Shown: positions 38,945 to 51,387, numbered from the stretch's first letter. The stretch: 64,000 nt of DNA from Octopus bimaculoides (GCF_001194135.2 NC_068997.1:29086626-29150625); one strand, 5' to 3'. Numbers and translations: made by a program. The notes: generated by a model not told the origin, from the letters alone.

Positions 38945-39412
38945 GCACAGTTAATATTTTTTTAACGTGATTATCTGATTGAAATTTCGTATCTTGCATT
39001 CAAAAATGATGACATACATTAACTGTGAACCCTTCTGTTTCATATTAATTACTATGCAGCTGACAAACCTCTCCGTAATTAACAATATCTGCTAAACACT
39101 TAAAACTCTTTACTCCAGTGTTTGAATTAGAGAATGTTTCGGTTGCTGTTAACATCTAAACAAACAGAAAACACTGACAGAAATATTAATGTTTAACAAC
39201 ACTGACATTTAAAACATTAGGTAAGAACTTGAAGACAAATTACCACCCACACGTATAGACTTGATATATTTTCAGCTTAAGACTATGCGTTAGTAATTGC
39301 ACCCTGAAGTAGCCACCCTGGCTAAGCTTACAAACTGCTGTATGCATTTCCTTGCCTCATTTCAGAAAATATGTTTTAGTAGCTTAGGGTATTGTAACTA
39401 TGTTTCCCTTGG

Positions 39413-39502
39413 TATTTTCTAGCACTAATTGATATGTTGGTTATACTATTTAAAGTATTTCATAATAAGTATAACCAACATATTAATTAGTGCTAGGAAA
39501 TA
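39413..39502. repeat. 35-bp stem hairpin with a 20-nt loop
   Basis: Arms 39413-39447 and 39468-39502 differ at two positions only. Confidence 0.85.
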
Positions 39503-40574
39503 TTTCCATAGCCTAGAAAGTGATTTAGTCCCACTTATGCACTTCAGCTGTCACTAGTTTGTCTTTCAGGATTTTATTGGACAGCATTATCTAGTCTACC
39601 TCTACCTTAAATATGATGCTTAAGATATGATTTGATGAAGATCTTGCTGTATTCTTCTTTTTTTATTCTTTTTACTGGTTTCAGTCATTTGACCCTAGGA
39701 CTTAATCTTTGTAAGCCTAGTACTTATTCTTTTGGGGTCTTTTGCCAAACTGCTAAGTTACCAGGATGTAAACACACCAGCATCGGTTGTCAAGTGATGG
39801 TAGGGAGACACATACACACACACAGAAATATNNNNNNNNNNNNNNNNNNNNNNNNNNNNNNNNNNNNNNNNNNNNNNNNNNNNNNNNNNNNNNNNNNNNN
39901 NNNNNNNNNNNNNNNNNNNNNNNNNNNNNNNNNNNNNNNNNNNNNNNNNNNNNNNNNNNNNNNNNNNNNNNNNNNNNNNNNNNNNNNNNNNNNNNNNNNN
40001 NNNNNNNNNNNNNNNNNNNNNNNNNNNNNNNNNNNNNNNNNNNNNNNNNNNNNNNNNNNNNNNNNNNNNNNNNNNNNNNTGGGAAGTAGGCTTCTTAGCA
40101 CACACCCACGCCTGTGCCTGTTGTTTTTTTAATTTTTATTAGTAGGTTAAGCGAGTATGTAAGGCTTGTTTGTTAACTTGTATCTGAAAAGTAGTAATAG
40201 CCAGAAATTAAGGAGTTGGAATATTGTGATATGTTGACAAATCAATGGTCCTTTGGGGCATCTGTCAGGTAACAAGTGTTGCACCTATGTCAGTAGTCTT
40301 CAATTAAAGAGTTATTGACTACTATATTATTTCAAGTCGTGTGTGTGTGTGTGTGTGTGTGTAGCCAGGATTAAAGCTAACAAATTTCTCCAGTTTCTAT
40401 TTTGTTAGTTTTACCATTTACTTGTAACTGTTATCGACAAAGACACTAGATACATAACATTATAACCCTTAAAACTTCTGGAATTATATGGCTTTTTGCT
40501 TTACCTTATTTTATAAGGTACTTACCTTCTCTTACAATGGCTGTGGTAAAAGTATCTGGGTCCTGTCGAGTCTA

Positions 40575-40830
40575 GGACAATAACCCCGCCCCCAAGGACA
40601 ATTACCCCTGAGGACAACAGATGATGATTTAAAACTTAATATTTTAGAGAAGGGGTAATTAACCAAGCGGGGTGTAATTTTCCTAGGAGGTANNNNNNNN
40701 NNNNNNNNNNNNNNNNNNNNNNNNNNNNNNNNNNNNNNNNNNNNNNNNNNNNNNNNNNNNNNNNNNNNNNNNNNNNNNNNNNNNNNNNNNNNNNNNNNNN
40801 NNGGTAGTTGTCCTCGGTGGGTAATTATAC
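40575..40830. mobile_element. MITE-like element with GGACAATTACCCC subterminal repeats (contains a gap)
   Basis: Left side has ggacaataaccc/ggacaattacccc repeats; right side has the inverted ggggtaatt/ggtagttgtcc repeats. Confidence 0.45.
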
Positions 40831-41837
40831 TGATACAGTCCTGTGCACATTGGTTCCTGTGCTTATATTTATAATTGAGGAAAATGATTTGACATTCACT
40901 GTAGCAAAATAAATATCAGTCTCCGTAGTGTTCCCCAGTCGCCTGATTGTAACTGGATTTCATCTTGCGTCACAAGCTGCAGCTTTTATTGTCTGTCGGC
41001 TCGAATTGGTTGGATCGAAGCCAGTCGTTTGACATCTACTCATGCAAGCAAATGTACTTCACAGATGGTCTGAGACCTTTAAACAAGAAGAGATGAACTT
41101 TCTTTTGCACACAACAAATATCTGTAATCAATTCTCAACAAGTTTATGAATTCTGCAGTTTTTTCAGTTGATAGTGCCAGCTAGAAATCACATATCAAGT
41201 CTTTTTTTATTTTTATTTTTTTTTTATATAAATATAACTAACAAAGACGACTTCCCCAAGAGTAAATCATCATGCTCACCATCATCATTTTATGTCTGCT
41301 TTCCATGCTAGCATGGGTTGGACAGGTCATCAGCGTTTGCATTTGGAGTTACTACCCTCCACATGTACATTGCTAACTGCATCAATGCATTTTCCCCTGT
41401 TGTTGATAGCCAATACTTATAAGAATGCTAGTGTTTCTGCATCCAACCCAAGCTAACAGGGGAAAAGGGTTAATGTATGTTTATATTATAAAGGATGCTT
41501 GGCAAATGGCAGTCATCATGTCCTACCTCAATAACCTCTGTTGCATAAAGTTTCTTCATGAAGAAATCTATAAATAACTCTCAACTAGATTTCTTAGGCC
41601 TTAACACTCACATTTTTTTCTGAAGGTAAAATATATTCAGCACTAAAAGACCTTGTATTATTGTGATTTAATCACTCATTGCTGTTTTCCATATGTTAAG
41701 TGAATGAGTAAAAAGACACACACACACCCACACATCAAATAACTTTAGTCAGGGTAATGAAATAGTCTACAACATTCACTAAATTTTCCAAATTTAATCC
41801 AGTGTGTATGTAAGATTATATATATATATATATATAT

Positions 41838-41949
41838 AACATACAGCTCATACTTTCATCAGATTAAAATATTTATTACACACACACACACGTGTGTGTG
41901 TGTGTGTATAATAAATATTTTAATCTGATGAAAGTATGAGCTGTATGTT
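41838..41949. repeat. 112-bp palindrome with a (CA)n/(TG)n centre
   Basis: 41-bp perfect arms 41838-41878 and 41909-41949. Confidence 0.9.
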
Positions 41950-43030
41950 TTCTCATTATCTCATCTCATTGAGCTCTACAACTCAGCAGTTTCTTTACAG
42001 ATAGGCCAAAATGTAAACCATTTGTTATACTGAAGTATATTTACGAATATAAAATAACCTTGTTTGTGGATTGAAATCTGAACACTATGCAAGTTCTGTG
42101 TAGCACTGTGTGTACCAAACTAATTAGTTTCGGTGTTTTAAGAGTTCATGCTGGAGTTTGTTTAATCCACTGTAATGTTACCAACAATTGGTATATAACT
42201 ATCGGAGAAAATGCATTTTAATTCACAGATGCAGCTAATTTATGTATTTCTGTTAGTTTGATAATTAAGAAATTTGCATAACCAGCCCACTCAAAAGTAC
42301 CTTGGATAGTAAGGCGACATGCCATGCTTGAGGAGGCCTATTGAGTCAAGTACATCAAAATCAAATGGAAATTGTAGTTGTGATCCTTGTACATAAGGCT
42401 TTGGTTGGCCCAGGGCTATAGTAGAGATGCAGCAGGACTGAACCTGGAACCACATGACTAGAAAATTAATTTCTCAACCACCTAACCATACTCCATACTT
42501 GCACTATGCTGCATTTATTTCCATTATTTCAGATTTTGTGTGGAAGGTGGTGGTGAGCTGGCCAAACTGTCAGTGTCATCATCCTCATCATCATTTAATG
42601 TCCGTTTTCCATCCTGGCATGGGTTGGACAAAATGTTTAGCTTTCTATCTGTCTGTTTCTCTTTATGTTCTGCATTCAGATTCTTTTGAGATCGACTTTA
42701 CTTTTCATCCTTATGAGTTTGATAAAATAGTACCTGTGAAGTACTGGGGTCTATGTAATTAACCCCCCCCCCCTCAAAATCTGCTGGCTTTGTACCAAAA
42801 TTTGAAACCATTATTTATAGTTAGTATAAAATGTTTCATTCCTAATTCCTTGCATTTATTTCATTATTTTGCTTTGGCAAATAACTCCAGTACTATTTTA
42901 GTAGAAACTTATAGAAAATTAGTGATACATTTAAAGTTTGTAAATAATATGAAATAATTTCAATAAATTAACATTGATAAGCTATTCTAATTGACTTGTT
43001 TATTTAAAATGTAACCATGTTATTTTATAG

Positions 43031-43067
43031 ATTTCCTTGAATGGTCTTGAAGTGCTGTGTTTGATGG
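43031..43067 (+). CDS. CLASP: CLASP coding exon 2 (partial; rest inside N gap)
   Basis: Acceptor ttttatag| followed by phase-0 ISLNGLEVLCLM, the CLASP segment that follows SSNFK. Sequence turns to N at 43068. Confidence 0.85.
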
Positions 43068-43705
43068 NNNNNNNNNNNNNNNNNNNNNNNNNNNNNNNNN
43101 NNNNNNNNNNNNNNNNNNNNNNNNNNNNNNNNNNNNNNNNNNNNNNNNNNNNNNNNNNNNNNNNNNNNNNNNNNNNNNNNNNNNNNNNNNNNNNNNNNNN
43201 NNNNNNNNNNNNNNNNNNNNNNNNNNNNNNNNNNNNNNNNNNNNNNNNNNNNNNNNNNNNNNNNNNNNNNNNNNNNNNNNNNNNNNNNNNNNNNNNNNNN
43301 NNNNNNNNNNNNNNNNNNNNNNNNNNNNNNNNNNNNNNNNNNNNNNNNNNNNNNNNNNNNNNNNNNNNNNNNNNNNNNNNNNNNNNNNNNNNNNNNNNNN
43401 NNNNNNNNNNNNNNNNNNNNNNNNNNNNNNNNNNNNNNNNNNNNNNNNNNNNNNNNNNNNNNNNNNNNNNNNNNNNNNNNNNNNNNNNNNNNNNNNNNNN
43501 NNNNNNNNNNNNNNNNNNNNNNNNNNNNNNNNNNNNNNNNNNNNNNNNNNNNNNNNNNNNNNNNNNNNNNNNNNNNNNNNNNNNNNNNNNNNNNNNNNNN
43601 NNNNNNNNNNNNNNNNNNNNNNNNNNNNNNNNNNNNNNNNNNNNNNNNNNNNNNNNNNNNNNNNNNNNNNNNNNNNNNNNNNNNNNNNNNNNNNNNNNNN
43701 NNNNN
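43068..43705. other. Assembly gap interrupting CLASP exon 2
   Basis: N run begins mid-codon after ..TTGATGG. Confidence 0.95.
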
Positions 43706-44035
43706 ATGTACCATCTTGAGTGTGACTGTTGCCAGTACCACCTGACTGGCCTTGTAGGGTTTTTGAGCGAGATCGTTGCCAGTGCCCCTGGACTGGCTCT
43801 TGTGCGAGTGGCACATAAAAGACACCATTTCGAGCGTGGCCGTTTTCGTGCGGGTGACACATAAAAGCACCCACTACACTCTCTGAGTGGTTGGCGTTAG
43901 GAAGGGCATCCAGCTGTAGAAACTCTGCCAAATTAGATTGGAGCCTGGTGTTGCCATCCGGTTTCACCAGTCCTCAGTCAAATTGTCCAACCCATGCTAG
44001 CATGGAAAGCGGACGTTAAACGATGATGATGATGA
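43706..44035 (+). mobile_element. Young RTE 3' end fragment immediately after the exon-2 gap
   Basis: aaaagcacccactacactctctgagtggttggcgttaggaagggcatccagctgtag..ggacgttaaacgatgatgatgat. Confidence 0.8.
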
Positions 44036-44362
44036 ACCACATGGTTTTGGGTTCAGTTCCACTGCACGGCATCTTGGGTAAGTGTCTTATACTATAGCCC
44101 TGGACTGACCAAAGCATTGTAAAAAGATTGGGTTGATGTAAAACTGAAGAAAGCCTCTGTGCGTGTGTGTGTGTGTGTGATAATGTCCCTCACCATTGCT
44201 TGACAGCCAGCGATTGTTCATGTCCCTGGTTTATAAAAAAGAGATCTGGCTTTGAATAAAAAAAGTACTGGAGTTCATTCTTTCTCCCCACCCTAATAAA
44301 TTCTTCAGGGCAGTGCCCCAGCTTCGCCACAGTCAAACGACTAAAATAATAGATAAAAGATA
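44035..44362 (+). mobile_element. tRNA-derived CORE-type SINE
   Basis: Family head, core and tail blocks. Confidence 0.7.
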
Positions 44363-45139
44363 GGTAACATTGCTTGACCTTGAAATCTATTGGTATTCAC
44401 ACATTGGTTTTGCAACACTGGGATTTGGTCACTTGTTCAATATTTTGTACAGTTTTAGTGGATAATTTGAAAAAATTATTAGAAAAAGAAAAGTCCAGTA
44501 AAAGGGAAAAAAAATTATTTGATTCTTTAGCATTCTGAATTACATTTAAACTATGATTTGGATATTACTTAATTGGTAATTAAGTGAACCATTACATTTA
44601 TTAAGCTAAATATGTTTCTTTATTTGATATGAGACAGAAAATATGAGATGCCCTTGATAATTAGTGAGTGTTAAATGTACTGTCTTTATGACGGTAGTCA
44701 ATTAGCACAATATATCACATTTTAATTAGTCGTTTTACTTTGAAATGTTTAGCTCTGTTGTATTCATAAAAATCATAGAAAGTAATTACACATATATAAT
44801 TATGTAGTTTTTAAAAGTTGTCAGATAATTTGCAATGTTGTAGTTCTTTACATTTCTAAGATATTTGTTAATCATTCCTTTTAGCATATTTCAGTGTTTT
44901 ACTTCCAGATTAGATTTGTTGTTTTAATTACTAACTTCAGCTATTTAAATTCTTTCACTTTATCTAACAGCTTGAAAATATAAAATATGTACTGTAGAAT
45001 ATGAAAATGAAAGGGGGGAAAAAAAAATCTCTGAAGTTCAATAGACATATGTGTCTTAAGTAAAGGTTAGGAATATCAGAATACAAATCTACATAAGTAA
45101 AGTTATAATATATTCAAACATCAAAATAAAATTTGGATA

Positions 45140-45500
45140 CTCATCATCATCATCATCATCATCATTTAATGACCATTGTCCATGCTGATATGGGTCTGAT
45201 TTGGCATGGTTTTCTATGGCTGCAGGCCTTTCCTAATGCCAACCACTATGAGAGTGTAATCAATGCATTTACATGTCACTGGTACGGGTGCAATTTGCAT
45301 GACACTGGTATCTGCCATGACTGCAATTTTGCTTGGTTTGATGGGTCTTCCTCTCAAGGACAACATAATGCCAAAGGTCTTGGTTATTGCCTCCATGAGG
45401 CCCAACACTGGAAAGGATCTCAGCCACCTTATGTCCATGAGGCCCAACACTCGAAAGGAACTCGGCCGCTTTGCCTCCATGAGGCTCATATTTTCCAGCA
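45140..45500 (-). mobile_element. RTE 3' fragment with ~42-bp CCATGAGGCCCAACACT tandem units
   Basis: (CAT)n tail, family blocks, and two full plus one partial ccatgaggcccaacact units at 45392-45488. Confidence 0.65.
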
Positions 45501-45555
45501 AACAAGTTGATGTTGTTTATAATGTAAGCATTCAAAGATGGCCACTATAATAAAG

Positions 45556-46052
45556 TACGAGGATGAGACAAAAAAAGTAATGCCATTTTGTTTAGGACAG
45601 GTATAATTATCAACACAGGAACATGTATCATGCATCAAAATGAAGCTGGTCCTCTGTGGATCACATCCCTACTTCTCAGTATAATCACCGTTTCTCTTAA
45701 TAGCAATGTTCCACCTTTGAATGAGAGCATGTATCCCTGCCCCGTAAAATTCTGTTGACTGTTCTTCTTCACTACAGTTTTCACTTCCTCATCACTGGAC
45801 TATCATCTCTTCAGCCCCATGAAAGAGGGTTTGAGAGGCAAACATTAACAGTCAACATAATTTTATAAGGCAGGGATACAAGCTCTCATTTGAAGGTGGA
45901 ACATTGCTATTGAGAGAAATGGTGACTATGTTGAGAAGTAGGGATGTGATCCACAGAGGACCAGCTTCATTTTGATGTATGATACATGTTCCTGTGTTGG
46001 TAATTAAACCTGTCCTAAACAAAATGACATTACTTTTTGACTCATCCTCATA
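45556..46052. mobile_element. Mariner-derived MITE with ~210-bp inverted arms and TA target duplication
   Basis: TA-CGAGGATGAG..CTCATCCTCA-TA termini. Both arms encode the mariner C-terminus (FYKAGIQALI*RWNIAIERNGDYVEK* and EFYGAGIHALIQRWNIAIKRNGDYTEK*); the spacer encodes DYHLFSPMKEGLRGKH. Confidence 0.85.
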
Positions 46053-47202
46053 TTTAGAATGTATTGAAAAATAGAATAAACTGCTTAAAACTTTGAAATA
46101 CATGTCCTGTATATCCTGAAAGTTTTCTAACATCAGTAGCTTCTTCAAATTTTATTCTAAAAGACTTAGAAAATTTTTTTGTAAGTACATTGAAGCAATC
46201 ATCTAAATTCTATGTGGCTGTGTGGTAAGAAGCTTGTTCCCCAACTACATAGTCCAACCCATGTTAGCATGGAAAGCGGACATTAAACGATGATGACATG
46301 ACAGGCTTCTTTCAGTTTCTGTCTTGCAAATCCACTCACAAGGCTTTGGTTGGCCTGAGACTATAGTAGAAGACACTTGCCCAAGGTGCCGCGCAGTGGG
46401 ACTGAACCTGGAACCATGGGGTTGGTAAGCCAGCTGCTTACCACACAGCCATTAAATATCCATGATGACTGATCTTACCAATCGGTTTCCTGTAAAGAAT
46501 ACAAGGAAGTGTTAGGTAACAAACTGATTATATCCCCTTCCGTATCGGCTAACTATGAGCGTAAAGTTATATAATTGGTTTGTTATCTAACACTCTATTG
46601 TATTCTGTCTGCAAAACTGATTGGTAAGACTAGCCGTGATGGATATCTAATACTATACATTTCAGATAATATACACATTCTACTGACAGTTGTACAATAT
46701 TTTTACTCAATAAGTACAATAGAATGCACTGTCAGTGGTGGTATAGGGCATCGAACATGCCAAATAATCTTTTACTTATTGAGATAAGATGAGAAGAATT
46801 CAGTTTCTTCTATAAACAAAAAAAAAAAGTCTATTTCCTCTATGACATTACTTAGTAATGAAACTTTTTGCAAATGTTTATCAAGTAAAGTCAATGCAGA
46901 AGGAAGATGTGTGATTCCTTTCTAAAATATGAGGCTATTTTATGACCTAAACGCAATACCTCCTAACTATACTGTAATGATATTTAGTATTTATTTCAAA
47001 TTTTCTTTTCTTTTCTTTTTTTTTTTTTANNNNNNNNNNAAAATATATTTCCACACTACTCTGAGAATTATCATTTTTTTTTCAAAAATCTATTTTCAAA
47101 TTTCAGACTAAAATGTCATCCAGTATTTTTAATATCATTTGTCTAGTTGGTTTGGTTTATTTAGCTGTCTACATAATTTTGAAATTATCTTTTTCCTTCC
47201 AG

Positions 47203-47246
47203 TCCTTCCTGCTGTTGTGGACAGGTTAGGAGATGCTAAAGACCAA
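47203..47246 (+). CDS. CLASP: CLASP coding exon 3
   Basis: ttttccttccag| acceptor; phase-1 start (V)LPAVVDRLGDAKDQ (CLASP VLPSLIDRLGDAKD motif); donor CAA|GTGAGT. Confidence 0.93.
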
Positions 47247-49051
47247 GTGAGTAACAGTTTTATTTCTAAGAATTTCTTGATGTTCATACACTTTCTGTGT
47301 CTCTCCGTCTTTGAAACGTAGTTTATGACATTTGCATCAGAGAACAGCAAAGTTTTTAAATTGATAACCTGATTCTTATTTCAAATTATGACGTGCAGAT
47401 TTGATTAGTAATATCATACAGAGAAAGTAATGACAAACAAAAAATTGAACTGCTAAGTGTTAATTTAAAAAAAAAAAAAGAAAAAAGAAAAACACAATTT
47501 TCCAGAAACAAAAATGATCAGGCTTGGCTGATAATTTTTTGGGTTGTACAGCACCATTGGCAGCTGTTTTCTTGGATTGACCCATACCTTGTGAGTAGAA
47601 TTTGGTTGACAAAAATTGTGCAGAAAGTCTCCCTGGAAACTGTTGTGTATGGTGTATTATTTAATGCCTTGTAACTTTGTGGTTCTGCAAGTAGAAATCA
47701 ATGAAGCCTGTACCAGACCGAAATATGTGCTGGTATTGATGAAGGCAGTGCCCCAGTATGATTGCATTTCAATTACTGAAGCCAGTAAAAGTATAAAAGT
47801 GCAAAGTGGTTGGCATTTGGAAGGGCATCCAACTGTAAAAACCATGCTAAAGCAGACAGTTTGGCATAGTCTTCTGCCTGGCCAGTTCCTGTCAAGCCAT
47901 CCAACCCATGCCAGCATAGAAAATGGATGTTAAATGATGATAAATAAAAAAAGTCTAAATAAATAAACAAAACAAAACAAAAAACAACCTTCATTTCTAT
48001 AATGACTTCAGCAGAATTTGTAGTGTTGTGGTTTTCATGACTTATAATTAATTTTTGAAATAGAATTATGAGGTAGCGTAAGTCTGAACTCAGTCACAAG
48101 AAAACAAGTAGTAAAACCACGTGTCCTTTAGACTGTTGCTTGTTGTAGTATAACAGAAAAAGACATGATTGTTGTTAACATGTTCACTTCACAATTACAT
48201 GGGTCTGGGGTTAACTGCATTGTGCAGCACATTGTGTTTTAGTTTAGCCTTGGATTAAACAAAAATTGGGTCGACGGACTGTATCTGATTTTGGGTAGGG
48301 ACCTTAATATCTGCTTTTAATATCACTGTATGACCCTTGGGTTTCTTTTTGTGCAGTTCATTCTGGTGCAGTGATTTGGACAAAGTCTTGTGATGTGTGA
48401 AAATATTTTGGAAAGGAATGTTCATAATTAATAAATAGTGTGTTTTCTCTTTTTTTCCTTTCTTGCACTTCATGCGTTCTACTTCTGGGATTACCACATG
48501 TCAGATCAAAAAATGTTTGGTGTTGAAAACTAAAGGATAGAAAACTGCAGAACAACCTGATATCTTGTTAAAGGCTGTCAAAGATGTAATGTTATTTAAA
48601 GAAGTCTTGCTTCTGCCGTCTCCGATTGATCTTTCACAATCTTTGGAAGCAGCTCAAAATTATTTCTTATTGACTAGAAGGAACAGAGGAGTTAACAGAA
48701 GTGTTGTGGCTATAGATTTCTTTGATTGGCAGAAATCCAAAGAAGGCACAGTAGAAGTGACCATTGTTTGCCAGGAATATTTCATGCTAATATCATTAGT
48801 TATCAAGGTAGAGATATAATCAAGATGGGAAAATATAGATGAGATAGAAAAAAATCTCCACTGAGAAATGTTATTCTGCAGACTTGTAAGCTATCCAAGC
48901 TAGCGTCAATAAACATAACTTTTTTGTTTTTTTGTTAAAGTGATTGTAATTTACTAGTTTTGTTGTTTTAGCATTTTGTGCTTAAGTTGTTAATGCATCT
49001 ACTTTTGTGCTACGATGTCCTTGCAAACTAGTTAAAATTAGAAAAGCTAGG

Positions 49052-49230
49052 GTGGTAAGCTGGCAGAATCATTAGCATGCCGGACAAAATGCTTAACAGC
49101 ATTTCGTCCATCTTCACATTCTGAGTTCAAATTCTTCTGAGGTCGATTTTGCCTTTCATCCTCTCAAGCAGTTGACTTAACTCCTTCCCTAAAATTGCTG
49201 GCCTTGTGCCAAAATTTGAAGTCAATATTA
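49052..49230 (+). mobile_element. tRNA-derived SINE with a MetaSINE-like domain
   Basis: Same family as the 51808 copy; ggccttgtgccaaaatttgaa tail. Confidence 0.6.
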
Positions 49231-49337
49231 TAAAACCTGTTTGTGGTCTTGATACAGAAAGTAAAACTGAATAATCCCTTTTCTCAAAACCAATGGGGTT
49301 AGTTATTTGAATGCCTTAAATAGCCTTATCTTTTTAA

Positions 49338-49539
49338 CCCTTTCGTTACCAAACTGGCTCTGGCTACAAATGTCTTGTTTCCATAAGTTTTAAATTAAAA
49401 TCTTCCACCAAACCTTAGTCACAATTTATGTTACTAACACTAGCTGAATGGTAACTAAATTATTTTACTAAATTCTTTGTTATATTTCAAGTAATTGAAA
49501 GAAACAGAACATCTCAAAATAAAGACAGTAACGAAAGGG
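49338..49539. mobile_element. piggyBac-type MITE (family 1)
   Basis: TTAA-CCCTTTCGTTAC ... GTAACGAAAGGG-TTAA: perfect 12-bp TIR with TTAA TSD. Confidence 0.85.
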
Positions 49540-49630
49540 TTAAACAATCAGTTTTTTTCTCCCCCTTTTAACTTTGTATTCTGTTTGTAATTATTTGTTA
49601 CTATAAACCTGAATCAATTAATTTCAACAG

Positions 49631-49690
49631 GTTCGTGATCAAGCTCAAAAATTGCTGTTGAAACTGATGATGCCGGCATCATCCCCACAG
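49631..49690 (+). CDS. CLASP: CLASP coding exon 4
   Basis: tttcaacag| acceptor; 60 nt VRDQAQKLLLKLMMPASSPQ; donor CAG|GTAAGA. Confidence 0.92.
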
Positions 49691-50137
49691 GTAAGATTCA
49701 AGGAACCCTTTTCTTTTTTAATTTTTCCTTCTTATACAAAAGTATAATTTTTGTTCTTGGTGATGTACCGTTCTTGTGGAGATCAGTTAAGCCAAGTGAA
49801 ACTGCAGTTGCAGTTGATGCCAGTATCAGATCTATGGCACTCATGCCAGTGACACATAAAAAACCACTCACTCCACTCTCAGAGTGGTTGGCATCAGGAA
49901 AGCCATCCAGTCGTAGAAACCTTGTTAAAGCAGATTGGAACCTGGTACTTTACTGTAGAATCCATTTTCTTGATATTTTAATGTATCACAACCAGCCTTA
50001 TTTGGCACAAATATTCTACTTCTTTTAAGGTCAAAGTGGCTAGATTTGGTTTCTCACACCTACTTGTTTCTGTATATATGTTGCAGGAAAAATAATTATG
50101 TTTCTCTTAATTTATACTTGTTTATCTTTCATTTCAG

Positions 50138-50229
50138 TATGTTTTTGAACGAATTACATCATGTTTTACCCATAAGCTCTGGCATGTAAGGGAAGGCATC
50201 CTTGTTTGCCTACAAAATACAATAAATAC
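50138..50229 (+). CDS. CLASP: CLASP coding exon 5
   Basis: tttcatttcag| acceptor; 92 nt YVFERITSCFTHKLWHVREGILVCLQNTIN(T); phase-2 donor AC|GTGAGT. Confidence 0.93.
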
Positions 50230-51311
50230 GTGAGTGTTCCATTCTTTTTCTCTGTTTTACCTTGTATTCAAAGCTCAAATGTTATTTCATTTATGTCAAT
50301 AGCCAACTGTGATCTGATAAGTTTTTAACATGAAACCAACAAGTATGGTTAAGTACAAATCACAAGAAGGTTGTTCCAGTCAGAACACTTGAGGCAATGT
50401 GCACACGTGCATATGCAAACAACACAGTTTCTTTTAAAGAATTTTTTTTTATATTGAAACTGAAGCCGAGAGTTTGTTTCATGACTCGAATTCCACACCA
50501 CAAGCCTGTAAATATGCACTGCAATGTTTGTATGTTTAGGTGTAACTTTTGAAGTGTTATGGCTGTACATATGTGTAGTGCTGTTTACTTTTTTGCTTGC
50601 TTGTATAGACCTACATTGATTGTCAAAGAGGGAGAACTTGGCCTGACATTAATATTACAAGATATGTCAATGGCTAGTTTGTCATAGTAGGTATAATGGT
50701 TAAATAAGCACCAGATGTAATTGATTCCATTATAATCAGCTATACTCGCTAATTACTGACTGAAGGCAGTAAAATAATTTTGTCTGACATCTGGTATTTC
50801 ATTTAAATATATCGTGTGTATCATATTGTACACTTATACATGTTTGTATTCTGTCAATTTTTCTATATTTGGGAATTCTGACCTCTACAAACTTGCCTTT
50901 CTCTTTAGTCATTGCAAAGTTAGCTGCCCTTGTTTGTTTTCTATGGATTGCAATTTTCCAGCCGTCTCTTTTACTGTTCTGTCTTCTCTTACCCAATTTT
51001 TGGACTCTTTATTCCTGGCTGTTGTTGATCTACTAAATTTTCAAAGGGAAAAGGCCAGTTATTGTTAGGAGAAATTTTGTTGCCTTAATTAAGGTTCTGT
51101 GGCTTGAAGAAAATAAGTTAATTCTAACAAGACAAAATTGGAAGTACTTGAAAAATAGATTACTTGCTTGGGATAGAAAAAACTATTTTTTTCTCAGTAT
51201 AATATATTAGGTAAAGAAGGTTGGTGTTTTCCTTGTTAGATGATGTTTTGCAATTGTGTGTCTTACTATACTTTCTTCATGTATTCACAATAGATATTTC
51301 TCTTGTTGCAG

Positions 51312-51387
51312 GTATGGTGCTCGCAGTTTACAATTGAATAAAGCAGTACCATCCATAATCAAATTGCTGGAAGATCAAAATGCTCAG
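51312..51387 (+). CDS. CLASP: CLASP coding exon 6
   Basis: tcttgttgcag| acceptor; 76 nt YGARSLQLNKAVPSIIKLLEDQNAQ; donor CAG|GTGAGT. Confidence 0.93.

Noticed and set aside
43000-43967. 200-315 aa ORFs in several frames
   Set aside because: Open only because of the 638-N gap. The one real piece is the start of CLASP exon 2.
48565-48860. 84-aa ORF with faint mariner C-terminus resemblance
   Set aside because: It needs several frameshifts to align and has no TIRs that I could find; too weak to call.
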